This document shows, piece after piece, positions 40,891 through 57,999 of a DNA stretch of 64,000 nt. The stretch lies in assembly GCF_009914755.1 (NCBI RefSeq), contig NC_060935.1; one strand, written 5' to 3'. Both the position numbers and the translations under genes were made by a program. The stretch's first letter is position 1; the number at the start of each line of letters is the position of its first letter. The DNA comes from the human T2T-CHM13v2.0 reference genome, Homo sapiens. The notes under the pieces were generated by a model, which ran no database searches, was not told the origin of the DNA, and saw nothing but the letters and a program-made list of their open reading frames with translations.

Positions 40891-42331
40891 CAATTATTCA
40901 GATTTTTTTCTGTAATAGTTTTAATATACAGATATCTGTAATTTTAAGATGTTGATGTTACAACAAACTGCCTGTGAAGTGAAGCTTGGTTTATTTTCCA
41001 TTAATCAAATTTATATGATCCCACAGATATTGACCTAATTCTGGATTTGAAACCATTTGGTGCAAAAGGAGTAACTGACCTCTGAGGCACACTGGCTGCA
41101 CCACCACGAGATTTTTTTTTTTTTTTGTGCATTTAGAGCATTGGACAATTTTCCCAATTCTCTATTTGTCCTCCCACCCTGGATCATTGGACTTCTTTTC
41201 CTGCTTAGGCATACTTAGTCTGATTGTACACTTGAGTTTTCATTACCTTGATATATGTGATATTGAAGAAAACCAGGATGTGATATCCTCTTAGCTGGAG
41301 TGTGAGGATTGAGAACCAGAGAATATTATAGAAGACTTTGCTATGTAGTCTGGAGTTTAACTTGCAGGTTCTCAAAAAACACTCAAGGCCTTTAATTGCA
41401 GTTGCGCTTTAGGAGGTTTCTTCTAGCATCCATATATGTGATTCATTATAACATGGAAGTCTTTGCTAGTTCACAGTGAGTCAGAGATTACATGCATCAC
41501 AAAATCCTTTATGCATCAAGAGAACACTTTTTAAAATGTGAATGAAATAATAAAAATATAATTTCAATTTTGACATAAAATGTTTGGACCAGAAAGGCAA
41601 TAGCCTTGGAAATTGTATCTGTTAGAAGTGAGTTAGGAGGCAGAATATAGACAATCAGAAATTAATGGAACTAATTGGCAAAAAAGTAAGGACAAACATA
41701 TGAGCAAGGAAGAAGACATTTGGGGATGAAAAGGAAGCAGAATATATAGAGAGAGAAATTTGAAAACAAGAATAGAGTTGAATCACAGGCCTAAGACGTA
41801 AAAGAAATGTTTGCCTTGGATAGTTATCTAGGAATAGGAGGCTTAAAAAAAAAGAGGTGAATTTGGAGTAATTTCTTTGTCAAGGATAGAATTCAGGATA
41901 GTTGGTGAGTCGTGATTCAGGGGGCAGTGGAGAGAAGAGCTTTGGTGTCATGCTTGATTTTGGGGACTCGGAAATAACATCTCAGTGCTGAGGGTACTAT
42001 TTCTGCCATTGAAATACACATGAACTTCAAGTAAGGAAGTAAAGATGATCCTTACAGATCTAATTGAAATATACACTTTCCTACTTAAATAGTTTAAATC
42101 TTTAATTCCTCACACAAAGCATGCATTTTATTTCCCAAAATCAGGAGCTGCCAGACTGCCTAGCATCACAATCAACTGTGGGGAGCCTTAGAAATTTGAT
42201 TTCTGGGCTCTACCATAGGCCTGAACTAAGGCAAACTCCCCAGGGTGATGACCGTAAGATCCTTTAATTTTATGGAGATCCTTGGTGTCTCATGCAGCCT
42301 GTGGAAAATCACTGCTTTGAACACTAGTCTT

Positions 42332-42635
42332 GGCTGGTCATGGTGGCTCACGCCTGTAATCCCAGCCCTTTGGGAGGCTGAGGCGGGTGGATTGCTTGAG
42401 CCCAGGAGTTCGAGACCAGCCTGGGGAATATGGGGAAACTCCATCTCTACTAAAAATACAAAAATTATTTGGGCATGTTGGTGTGCACCTGTAGTCCCAG
42501 CTACTTGAGAGGCTGAGGTGGGAGGATCACCTTAGCCCAGAAGGCGGAGGCTGCAGTGAGCTGAGATCACACCACTGCACTCTAGCCTGGGCAACAGAGT
42601 GAGACTCTGTCTCAAAACAAAACAAAACAAAAAAT
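42332..42635 (+). mobile_element. Alu (AluJb-type)
   Basis: Dimer with a (CAAAA)n tail. Confidence 0.93.
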
Positions 42636-43129
42636 CAACAGTAGACTTGTGGTATATGCAGAAGAAGGCACAGTGGGAGGGTGGTACTGTTTTAGTCTAT
42701 TCCTGCAGTGTGCCTTTTGAATGGCCAGATCCCTGATTCCCAGTGTCATGCCAGTACAGCCACGAAAGCTGTAAGGGCCACTTGTTTGTAGGGAAACCTG
42801 GTCATTTCTTGCCACTTTGTCCTTCACAGCCTGATAATAAATTTTGTTTTAAGTGTCTGTCTTTAGAATAAGAGATGATTTTCATGAGCCAGTGCCAATG
42901 CTGTGCAAATTTCCCAGGGATGAAAAAGAAAACAGCTTTCAAATCAAAATGATATACAAGGTGTGACTTACTTAGTTCATGCTGATGTGGACTTTGGATT
43001 CCCTAAACTTCTCTACCAATAATGAGTGTCTTCTGAGTGCAAAGAACCTCCTGGTTCATGCAAACATGAATCAAATCATCTTGTATTCTTGTTATACTTA
43101 CAAAATAGAAGGGGGGTCAAAAAATAACT

Positions 43130-44850
43130 TATGATCTAATCAGTATAATGCTAAGGAGAATGTGCCCAGTGCTTTAGGTACAGTAAGGACAAAATGCTGT
43201 GAGAGTATCAGAGCCAGAGAAGGGATTTCCAGCTGGGGACATCAGAAGATGCCTAAATAGAGGAGGTTATTTGAACTGGGTCCTAATGGTTAGGTATGAT
43301 GCAGACAGAAAATATAGGTAAAAGAAAAACACAGAAATGGGAAAACTACAGGAATGTATAGTAGTTTCTAAGTGCAAAGTTTGAGATTAGAAATAGTAGC
43401 ATCTTGGACTAAGTTACATAGGCACGTACCTTATGGCCACATCATGGGGGCCTCAAATTATTTGCAGTTTGGAGTTTGGACCCTTTTAAAAATCCATTTA
43501 AGGATTTTGAATTGGATAATGACATGATCAAAGGTGCCCTCTAGGAGTTTTATTCTAGTGTCCCTACATAAAATGAGTTAGAGCCACAGAAGCTGGGAAA
43601 CTAATGTAATATGACAGCAGAGATGAAGTAAGATCCTTATATGGGTATGTAAGAAGGGTAGAGGAGAGGAATCAGCAGCATTTGGTGATTGGATATATGG
43701 AAGGAAGGACTGAAGATTATTCCTCACTCATGCTACTAGGAGAATGGTGTTACCAGCACATTTATGTATTCTTATGTGCCAGGGCATCTGGGATGGAAGA
43801 GAATTATGAACTTAGTTTTGACATGTGTTAAACTTGAGATTCAAAAAAAAAAAATCCTTAGTATTAAATTTCCTGTAGGTAATTTGATGTGTTAAATTTA
43901 GGATGAATGGATGGTGCTGTGGGGTTATACCTACAGTAGTGAAAAAGTGTATAAATTTCAGATCAGCTAATTTGGATTCAAAATTTAGTGCTACAAGTCA
44001 TTAGTTCTATGACCTTGCATGTTATTTAATCTGTATACTTCAGTTTTCCTATCTGAAAAATGCAGAGAATGGCAGTAGATTTGAGGATTTTACATGTGAC
44101 TTTCTGATGGGATGTTGTGAGCATTGAAGAGCTTTGCACAGTGCTAGCACCGTATCAGGTAAATCTCCTCCTCCTTTCCACAGCCCATGTTTTTCTGTTC
44201 CTTGGACCTCATTAGGATAGTAGGGCCCTTGCTTGGAGCTAGTTTGCAGACCAAGAGGAAGGAGAAAACAGCATTGTGAAGAGGGAGGAGTGATGATGAA
44301 AATAACAGAGAGGGAAAGAGAGAGAGGGAGAAGAGAGAGAAATGAGATTAGAGGCTTACTGTGGAGTTGTTAGCTTTTGAGAGGACGAGGGCCCCTTTTC
44401 TGAGACAGGAGACAAGTTGAAGAGAATGAATAAAGACAGTGCTGATCAGAGAGTCTTGAACTTCTCTCACAGAATCAGGAGGCCGGGCCATCTGGTAAGA
44501 GTGAGGGGAAGCCTGGGGCTGGGTTCTTGGTAGAAAGACGAGAATTCTTTTTAGATAACCACTGTGGGAAATAAGATTAGGAGTGAACTAGAGTTGAATA
44601 AAAGGATTGCCAAAAAGCAAAAGCAAAGGGGTTAGATAGCTTGAACTTTTAGTGTCCTTGTGGGTGTGTGAATTACAGAGAAGAGGTCACTGGAGGTTAA
44701 GAGGTTGTGGAAAAGAGCACTGGGCAAGGAAGTGGATGTTGAGGCTTCACTAGGGTGGGTGGTGGCAGGAGCTTGGGTGCAGAAGAGCATGAATGGGATG
44801 CTTCAGCCTGTGGAATGTGAAGGAGTGCTGGGAGGTCAGTTCCTGATGGC
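43130..44850 (-). mobile_element. Degenerate L2 fragments with an intervening MIR (~43930-44160)
   Basis: Purine-rich L2-like motifs (gaggaggttatttgaactgggtcct, tgacatgatcaaa, tttggtgattggatat); boundaries approximate. Confidence 0.5.
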
Positions 44851-45074
44851 AGGAAACATGGGGGCAGTGCGAGGTGTAAGTGGTTGCTTGTCAGCAGCAA
44901 ATTACTGATTATTCCCCTTCAGTCAGGATACTTGGCACTCGATTACTCTTTGAGCATAAACAGCTCTGGAACTGTTTGCCTTTAAAGATGATAAGCCTGT
45001 TCTTTTCCTCCTGTAATGTAGCAGGATACAGGCTGGCACTACTTTTTAATTTTTTCCCTTTGACAATAATGGTT

Positions 45075-45290
45075 TGTTGGGAGAGAACAGACTTTGGAAT
45101 CAAACAATCAAAATCAAATACCTGCTTCTCTACCTACTAGCTCTGGGATTGTAGGGCAAGTTCTAGCTGATGGATTGTCCTTTTTTCCCTCTGTGAAATC
45201 AGGATAATACCTACTTCAGCACCTCATATTATGATGTGGACATTAAATGAGATAGTATATGTAATGTCACTGCCTCTTGGTAGAGGAGCT
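45075..45290 (+). mobile_element. MIR
   Basis: gactttggaatcaaaca..ctctacctactagct..tctgtgaaatcaggataatacctac..attaaatgagata. Confidence 0.7.
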
Positions 45291-46013
45291 CCCAAATGTG
45301 AGAATACTCAAATTTGGGAAAATGGTTTCTGAATTGGGGGTGGTTTTGACTTTGGGAAACAGAATAAACATTAAAACAAAACAAAACAAGGGAACATCAG
45401 AATTGCACAGGTCCTCATTTTCATGAGCACACTAAATGTGCTTGCAAAGAAAACAAAATATGTGACTTGATGACTTCATTAGGCACAACACTTATTGCAT
45501 TGACAAAAATCTCAGTAAAGTTTTCTGAAGAATTCAGATAAAATTCATTTGAAGTAATAAGATAGTGGGAAGAAGTCTAGGGAAAAGGCAGCAGAAATTA
45601 AGTTTTGAAATTGTGTGAAAATGAAATGTTGTCCTTTTTGCATTTGCATGTATCTATTTGCCAAAATTTGGCCTTTTGTGAAATATATACACTTACCATA
45701 TATATATAAGCCTAGTATACATATATGAGTATATATACCTGAACTCTCAAACTACCTTATAGTTTGGCAGCTGCAGAGTAGGTATTACTAAGTTGTTTTA
45801 AGCTAGTTCTGGGAGAGTATCCTAAGGAAAAACTATTAGATATATAGTTTAGAATTATTTCCGTAATCTACTGTGACTTTCACCCTGGAGTCATCATAAT
45901 TATGACTAATTTTCATAGTTAATGCTAACAATCTGGAGCAGTAGTAGCAGCGACTTTCTCTTATGGGGCAAGTCCCTGGCTTACAGAAGGTTTCTTTGTT
46001 TTGAGTCTAGCTG

Positions 46014-46668
<655 letters not shown>

Positions 46669-48530
46669 AGTTGTTATGCTGGTGAGGATAAGAGAAATGA
46701 GAGTATTCAGTGAGACCAGAAGAGAGCGAAAGATTAAAGACTTGGTCACAAGTTCTGAATCTCAGCCCAAATGTGGTTTGGCAGGCAATGTTGGGATCCA
46801 CATTGATAGACAAGATTAAAGTATAGCACAGATTGGTGCCTGGGTACCTGTGCAATATCAAGAACCCAGGCGTGGAGGGAGGCACTGGGAACAGGGGCTG
46901 AGTGAGAATTTAAAAGGAGGCTAGACTATGGGTCATAACCCCTGCCAAGAGTCTGGGTAGTATGGTTAAAGGATAAACAGGAACAAGGGAAAGCATAAAG
47001 AAATCCCTCAATGGTAAGCCAATGGATTCCAAAGTAGGAATTCTTTACATGTGCCTTGTGAAGAGTCTGGATTGGTGTTTGATTGCTGGAAGGACCAAAT
47101 TCATCATAGGTGCTTGTAATATAGACAAGATAGATAAGTGCTGAGGCAGAGATGCCCCTAACCCTATGCAGAGTATCTTCTCAACTTGATAAAAGTCTAG
47201 TTTTATTATCATTTTCTTTTGTGGACTGTGCATTTCTTATTTCCTAATACTTAATTAGGAACTATGCTATGATATTAAACAACTTTGTAATTACTCAAAT
47301 AATGTCTAGTAAGCTCCTCCAACTTGGTATGTCTCATATTTGCCTAAACTTAACTCATCTGATTGCATGGCTTCATTGGGATTCCTTGGCGATAGGATAT
47401 AATTAAATAATTTAAATGCAAGATTTCAGAGCGTGTTCTCAAGATGACTCTGTTTTTGATTTGTGTTTGGCAATTAAAAAGCAAAATCTGACCACAAGGA
47501 GGACATTGTGGAGAACCAGACTTAGATACCTCAATGATAACTAAATTTCCATGTGTTTTTCATGTGAGCCTTTAGATTACAAGGGGCTGTGAAGTATCAG
47601 AAGGATGTATGCCTCCAAGTACTAGGTCGTATTTACAGTGACATGCCAGTATTCGTCAGTAGGGCTGTGACTTTTTTTTCTGTTGATTTATTTAATAGGA
47701 AGCAATTTATTGACTTTGCAAGTGAGCATCCGTGGAGCTTGAAGCCAGAAATGGAGTGGAAAAATCTTATTTGATGTTGTGGCTCCTAGAAAATAATAAC
47801 TAGAATTTGTGGTTGCAGATAAAACCAATATTGCAGAGTGGATGGCCTATCAGTGAGGGTATTAATTGCTACCAAAGACACCAAGTATCTGGTGGGAGAG
47901 TTGGTGTCACTTTTAATAAAACTCACCCTGTTTTGCTGACATGGTATTTATTGTTTAGGTATACCACAAACTGATTGTGCTTCTTATTTTGGTTATGGAT
48001 TAAATTGTTCTTAAAATTTACCATTGGATACAGCAGTCAGTATGCTACCTTTGATTTTTTAAGTGTTCAAAAAATTAAGACTCTCTCAGTGGAAGTTCCA
48101 AGCATAAACTACTGATGTGATGGTCCTTAGATTATTGCATGCTTTTGTAGTATAATGCTGGGTATCACTTGGCTATGTATGTTTATCCTGCTCTTATTTT
48201 TCTTGGTGTGGCCAGGTCTAGAAGCATATGACCAAGTCATCTGCTCTGGCTTATATCCGATTTAAGTGGTAATGTTTTACTACTTGTTTCCTACTCTGTA
48301 TGAAATGTCAGTTAAGAAGGATACTAAGAAAGGGCTTTACAGAGCCTACACTGTCATCCAAATGGAAAAGTAAGGTTATTGTTGGGGCATCATCTGGACT
48401 TATAAAATGTAATTGCATTGGTTCAATCTGGCTTTTATAGACTTCTATAGATTTTTAAGTTTTCCTAGAGATATAACAACATCTAAATTCTTACTGCTGA
48501 CGCAGTTCTCCATTGTAGCATATCTGAGGG

Positions 48531-48930
48531 TGTTATGCCAAGTGTCAGGTTCCAGCCTAAGCTGAGGACCGAGGGGAGTGGGTGGATGAGTGGCAGGTAG
48601 CTGGAAAAAATGCTTGCAAGATCGTAGACAGTTTTGATATGGCTTTACTCTCTCTCTGGGCATGAGTGAGCTGTGGGTGCAAGCAAGCCATGGGTGCAGT
48701 CAAGCCATGGGCATGAGTCTTGGCGTGAGCATTAGCAGGGTAATTATACCTTTTACAGACAGTAGTGGCTCCAAACCAAGCATGTGCTCACGTGAGTGAT
48801 CACCTAATGCGTCTTGCATGGTTACATAACGTACAGAGTTGTGTGCCTGTGCTCCAAATCTGCTGAGTCATGCTGCACTGGAAGGCCGCCTTGGCCTATT
48901 CCTGACTAAAGTGCAGCCATCTCCCTTACA
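48531..48930 (-). mobile_element. Solo LTR, LTR18A-like (HERVL18/HERV-S)
   Basis: Minus strand TGTAAGGGAGATGGCTGCACTTTAGTCAGGAATAGGCC..GCATGACTCAGC..TTATGTAACC..AAAGGTATAATTACCC..CA; 5-bp TSD gaggg/gaagg. Confidence 0.82.
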
Positions 48931-51900
48931 GAAGGTCATAAGGGATTTGGGCAGTCTAATAAAGTGATATAGCATGCTGTTGACATTATTGTATATGTCA
49001 CTGAATTTATGATCTGTACTTTTTTTGGGGTGTGTGTTTTACGTTATTTAAGTTTAAGGAAAGACTTCTGGAAGAAATTTTTAACACAGCATTGTCTGAT
49101 TATGATATAAATGTTAATTGGATGCAAGAGAGACATGCTTTCCCAATTCTCATCGTAGTTTTAAAATATATAAAGCCCAAACTGATCAATTGTTGAAACA
49201 TTTGATGGTATATTACCTAGTATTTAAGATAGTGGAGTTATGTCAACAATGAACACAGCAATTTTTAACATTTTCTCTCATTCTACTTTTAGACATTAAA
49301 CAGGTCTTCCAGGCAAAAATAGTAGTGTGAATTTAAGCGTGCTAAAAAGATTAATCTACAAAATAGGTATTTTAGACAGTTTAGGAATGTTTCAGAATTT
49401 ATGATATTGGCAAATATAGAAGCTGTCATCATACTTCCTCACTGTCTAGGTATGATTCAACTATTATGTTTGTGAACGTTTATACTCTCAGCACCTGTCA
49501 TAAATAGACTTCAGTAATAGATTTTTTTTTTTGTTCTGAAAGTGTTTTTCCAATATTATGTTGTAGAGATAAAAGGAAACCAATGGTAATGTTCTTAAAC
49601 TCAATAATTTGTTAGAAAGTTAAAATTTATATATGAAACTATATTTTGATTGTTCTTTAGTAATCTCATGCTCCAGTTGGACAGGAAGGGAGAGAGATTA
49701 CTACTGAATATAGTCAGGAAAGTTTCATGCAGGTGGCAGGAATTTAGATAGCTAACATAATTTCCCAAAGTGTCCGGCCTATCTTTTCATAATATTTCAT
49801 GAATCCTAGAATAAGAGTTGGTATGTTTCTCCTTGTAGAGCAAATAGATTGTGGAAATGTATTGTTAAACTCCCAAATGCATTCAATGGTCATCTATTTT
49901 CAGTCTACTGTGTATTAAGTATTGGTTTTGGAATATATCTCTGACTAAACCAAGTTCTTGTCATAAAAAATATTGTTATGGTTAAAATCTGTAATTTTAG
50001 GACCAGCTGTTGTGTTACATGTTAGTCTGGATCCCCAAAACCAGATAATAAAGTAGTTGTTATTCATGTAAATAATAATATTGATAAATAAAATACGAGG
50101 TATTACAAATTATTGCTGATAATTGAGTATTAGAAATGTGCATGTAACTTCCAGATTTTGCTTAAGGAAAGTCTGAGAATAAGTGGCTCAAACATTCACA
50201 CAAACTCAATAACTATTCTGTATAAAGCACAGTGATGGGTGCTGGGGGTAGTTATTTTGTGTATGCTTTTTGTCCAAAGTCTGGTGTAGAATAGACTCCA
50301 CAGTTTTCATGGTCTCTTAGGGCATTTTTGGGTCCTGTGTACCAGAAGTTCTAACCCTGGCCTCTCATGTCTAGGGAGCTGCTGGGGCACACTAGGCAGT
50401 TTGGATCTGCCTGGCTTGTGTCAGAGGTTTCTGTTAGACTTTGTGGATGGGCCAGGCAGGGAAGTGACTGGAGATCCCCATCAGCCTGTTCTCTTAAAAT
50501 GCAATTTACATGATAATACCTTACATTCTTGTACCTGCTCTATGGTATTGTAAATTCCTGTTTAAGAAAGCACAGAAAGATCTGTGTTATGTTAAGCCTA
50601 GAAAACTATTAACACAATACTTTGATATTATTATAAATGAAAGGATTTAGAGGAAAATTTCAGATATGGGCTTAAAAAGTTAGGCCACTGTTACTAACTC
50701 ATAAAATGAATATTTAATGTCCTCAACTTTTTTTTTTAATAGAACAAATGACAAACATGAGTGTCTTCATTGTACCAAGAAATATGTCCTTTTCTGGAAC
50801 TGAGACTACAAAATTTAAAGACACCCAGTCGTAATTTTTTGAAGTCCTTTCCCTGAAAAATCAACAAAAAAAAAAAGAGGGAAGAAAATTTGTTGTCAGA
50901 TTGGGGCCAGTCTCAGAAAACTCCTGGAGGGAGAGGAGTTTTTGTTGTGGAGAACCAGACATGCAATTGCTTTTGCATGTTAAAATTTTTCTTCTCAGAC
51001 ATTGCCATTATAATCAACTATTATCTTACTAAATCTATAAATAGTGTTCATATGGGAAACAGACCAGAAAACCATTCAAGTAAAATAGAAAACAGTATCA
51101 TAAATTTTTAAACAAAAAAGTAGAATAGCAAAATGAGAGCTTGTTTTCTTACTTGTAACCAAAATCTGATTTAAGACAACTTCACGATTTGCTCTTGAGG
51201 TAGGAGGTACCTTAGGGGAAGCCTGTGGACTTCAGCTGTTCTCAGAGGCAATACCCAGGAGCCAGTGAAATACACCCTGAGGCTGTATGAGCCAGTGATC
51301 ATTTCCTGGCTTGACCAAATGGGAAGTTCTAGTGTGCTCCTGCCAATCTAATATTGTTATATTTTCATTTATTCCAAAATAGCTGTTGACAGGCTTCTAT
51401 GTACTAGGTATTTATTTAGCCCTTTGGGAAATTTAATAAATAAAGGATCTATGTCCTCCTAGCATTTAGACTAGTATGAAAATAAAGCATTTGTAGCATG
51501 TTTTATTCTTCATTATATGTTGAAAAAGTTATAGATTTTGTTAGGATTAATGAAAACTAGCAATCTCCTATCTTGCCAGTCCCCACTACTTACTTTAATT
51601 TCTCAGAAAGACTATGTTGAACTTTTAGTCATTTCTTGTAATTTTTTCAAGACCGTGATTGTCCTGCTATTTTTAGAATTTGTTTTTCAGTTTTAGATAT
51701 TTATCATTTGGCTTCATACTGTTTTCATACATGTCTTTACTTCATACTGTTTTACACATGCCTTTCTCCTGTTCTCTCGATAGTTAAAACAACTTTGGCA
51801 AAATCAGTTTTTCATGTTATATTGTAGTGACTTTGTACATATTAGTTACAAGTCAGCTACTTAGTTTATTGTGATTGTGTTATTTGTATAATGTTGTTTT

Positions 51901-51931
51901 CCCAGGAATTAACAATTGACTTGGAATTTTC

Positions 51932-52233
51932 TTTTTTTTTTTTTTTTTTGAGACCGAGTCTCTCTCTGTCGCCTAGGCTGGAGTGCAGTGGCACGATCTC
52001 GGCTTACTGCAAGCTCTGCCTTCCGGGTTCACGCCGTTCTCCTGCCTCAGCCTCCTGAGTAGCTGGGACTACAGGTGCCCGCCACCACGCCCTGCTAATT
52101 TTTTTTGTATTTTTAGTAGAGGTGGGGTTTCATCGTGTTAGCCAGGATGGTCTCCATCTCCTGACCTCGTGACCTGCCCTCCTCAGCCTCCCAAAGTGCT
52201 GGGATTACAGGCGTGAGCCACCGCGCCCAGCCA
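51932..52233 (-). mobile_element. AluY
   Basis: gcaagctc..gggttcacgcc and gttagccaggatgg diagnostics; TSD gaattttctttttt. Confidence 0.93.
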
Positions 52234-52964
52234 GAATTTTCTTTTTTTAAAAAACATACTTATTGTTACACTCAGGCAACCCAAACTGACCTACCTCTTG
52301 ACTTCTTTCTCTGTAGACCTGTTATCATTGCCTTCCAGCATCCAGAGTTTTGTTGACTTCTTCAAACTCACCAACCAGCAGCTTCAGTGGCAGTAGATAC
52401 CTACCAGAATGATGGAATACTTTAACCAAAAGAAAGCACAAAAATATAATATGCTGTTATACACTCCAGTTAAAATATTCTTTCTATTTATATAATAATT
52501 TTTTGTTCAACTAACTGTTGTCAAAACGGGAATGTATTATAACATTAATACCAATATTTCTGAAGAGATCTCTTTTATCCAAACTTTAAAGAAAAGACCA
52601 TTAATGTGTTTATTAGATTATCCTGAGTCTCCCAGGTAATCCATTGATTTCTGTTTTGGTAACTCTGAATAAAATCCAATATGAAATAATCATAGGGTTT
52701 AATATTTCACACCAGTTTGGCTAGTATAAGCCTAGTAATTCTGAAAAGAGAAAATATTTTAAGTTGGAATTTTTAATTCTTAAATGGAAAATATTTTTTA
52801 TCTTCCTTAATGAGTTCTTTTGATGAGTTCTTTTGATTTGTTTTTCTCACTTGTCTTTGTTGTTGGCTTTATGCCAGAATTACTAAACTTCTGGTCTCAC
52901 AGGATGTTTCCGGTATTAAGATGGGGAAAGGAAGTGAGTAGGAATCTAACAAATAAGGCTGTAT

Positions 52965-53250
52965 GGCCCGGTGCAATGGCTCATGCCTGTAATCCCAGCA
53001 CTTTGGGAGGCTGAGGCAGGAGGATCACTTGAGTCCAAGAGTTTGAGACCATCTGGGCAACATAGTGAGACCCTGTCTCTACAAAATAAATAAGTAAATA
53101 AATAAACAAAATTAGCCAGGTGTGGTACACGCCTGTAGTCTTAGGTACTTGGGAGGCTGAGGTGGGAAGATTGCTTGAGCCTGGGAGATCGAGGCTGCAG
53201 TGATTTCACCACTGCTCTCCAATCCGAACAACAGAGCTAGACCCTGTCTC

Positions 53251-53279
<29 letters not shown>
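52965..53279 (+). mobile_element. Alu (AluJ-type)
   Basis: Diverged dimer, long A tail. Confidence 0.92.
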
Positions 53280-53281
<2 letters not shown>

Positions 53282-53584
53282 CATAGAAGAGGTTTATTTG
53301 TGTTACCATTTTTGTGACCCAAACATTCTAACTTTGGTTAATTATTCATTTTAAGCATTAGGTTTGAAAAATTGATATGGGTGAATTACTCTTCCATAAT
53401 TGCCATTTGGACCTATGCATTTTTAAAGAATATGCTACTATAACATCCCTTTAATTTATTTGCTTAGTTTTTATTTGCTCCCACAATGTTTCTGAGTACT
53501 TGATCTTTCCCATTTCAATTTAAATTGTTCTTCTTGTTCAATTCCTACTAAAAGTAAAGCAATATAGGTACAGATAGTTTTCTA

Positions 53585-53722
53585 AAGCAGGCCTCTCAAC
53601 TTTAATACAGAAACAGATTACCAGAGGATCTTGTTAAAATGCAGATTCTGGGGTGGGGCCTGAGAGTCTGCATTTCTAACAAACTCCCAAGATGCTGATG
53701 TTAACGCTGAATTGAACAGCAA
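53585..53722. mobile_element. MER5A
   Basis: gatcttgttaaaatgcagattctggggtggggcctgagagtctgcatttctaacaaactccca. Confidence 0.85.
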
Positions 53723-54271
53723 AGATCTAACATACCTTGGATGTAGAAGTAAAGTTGATCCCTTCAGTATATGGAAGCTGTTTTCAATTATCTGTGACCC
53801 TTCAGCTTCTAGAAGTCAGTGGAAAATTTTGCATTACTGGCTGCTACTAAGTACACGAAATAGTAGATTTGTTGCTCCTTACAGACTTAAAAATGTTTGG
53901 TTATTTGTAGGTCACTGCTTACAAATGATTTCAATGCTATGTTTATCAATATATGTGTACATTTTACATATTAAATATATAAGCTATATTTCTTCCAATG
54001 TCTTTGAAGAAAAGATATTGTTGGTACTTGCTAAGCTTTAATTTGTACATACCTCTCTGATCCATAGCTGTTAGTGATTAGGATCCTATTGTATATTGTT
54101 TTATGGTTATACAAACATAAAATCACAGAATATAGTATATTCAAATTAATAGTATACAGAATATACTATATACAAATTAATAACCAGCTTTCTTGTAATG
54201 TTTCTTCTTGAGTAATTAGATATTAGCTATGAAAATATTAATTCTTTGCATTTTTTTATCTTTCCAAACAG

Positions 54272-54333
54272 CTCAGTCACTAAAAGAATTTGCAAGACTA
54301 CTCATTGCAGTAGAAGAAGAAAGACGAAGACTG
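54272..54333 (+). CDS. ARHGAP42: Rho GTPase-activating protein 42 (GRAF3), coding exon 3 (BAR domain), 62 bp, phase 1-0
   Basis: Acceptor tttttttatctttccaaacag|C and donor CTG|gtaagt. Translates (A)QSLKEFARLLIAVEEERRRL, in frame with the previous exon. Confidence 0.96.
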
Positions 54334-55147
54334 GTAAGTCTGTTCTGTATTTCTTAAGAATATTGCTTTGTTTCAACATATTAAAGAGAAAGAATGGACT
54401 TCCTGAACTAGAGAACTTTATACAAGGCCTTATGATTTGACACGTCTACTAATTTTTACATGTATTTTTGAAAAGATTTGTGACTATAATTATCATATAT
54501 TGCTGATAAGATATACCATTTTTTTCTAATTATATGCTTGGCATATGTAGGTTAGCTTTATTTTGCTTGCCATTTACTGTTCTAAGGATTAAAAATATTG
54601 ATCAGACTGCCATTAAGAAACCCATTCTAATTCAGCAAACATTTAGAGGTTATAACAACCTCAGTGTTATAATACAGACATGTTTCAAATGTTTGAGACA
54701 ATTCATGGAAGGAGGAACTTGCCAGGGTAGTGTTAAAAGGTAACGCTTGAGTTGAACCCTGAAGGTTGGGAGAATTTTGCTAGGCTGGGAAGGACAGGGA
54801 AAACATTCTAGATTGATGGATGAATATATGCAAAGGTATTAGAGCATAGTTATTGGTGAAACACTTATCCATTCAAAAATATGATTTTATGCCCAATGTT
54901 TTCAAATATCTGTGATGTTCTCTGTTTATGATGCAATGTCCTCATCTGTAATATGGGAAAAATAGTAGTATATATCCCACAGGATTGTTGGAAAGCATCT
55001 GTAGCAGCACCTGGCACATAGTAAATACATTTTGATGGTGATAACGATGCTGATAGTCAGTTACAGTGAGGGTTACAGACTTATCTAAGACATTATCTCT
55101 GATTTAACTGACCTCACTGTCCACTTGGGGGATTATATACACATATA

Positions 55148-57941
<2,794 letters not shown>

Positions 57942-57999
57942 GTTGATATAATACTCAGGTGTGGACTGAATCCTCTGGGACTGTGACACAGTATGGTAT

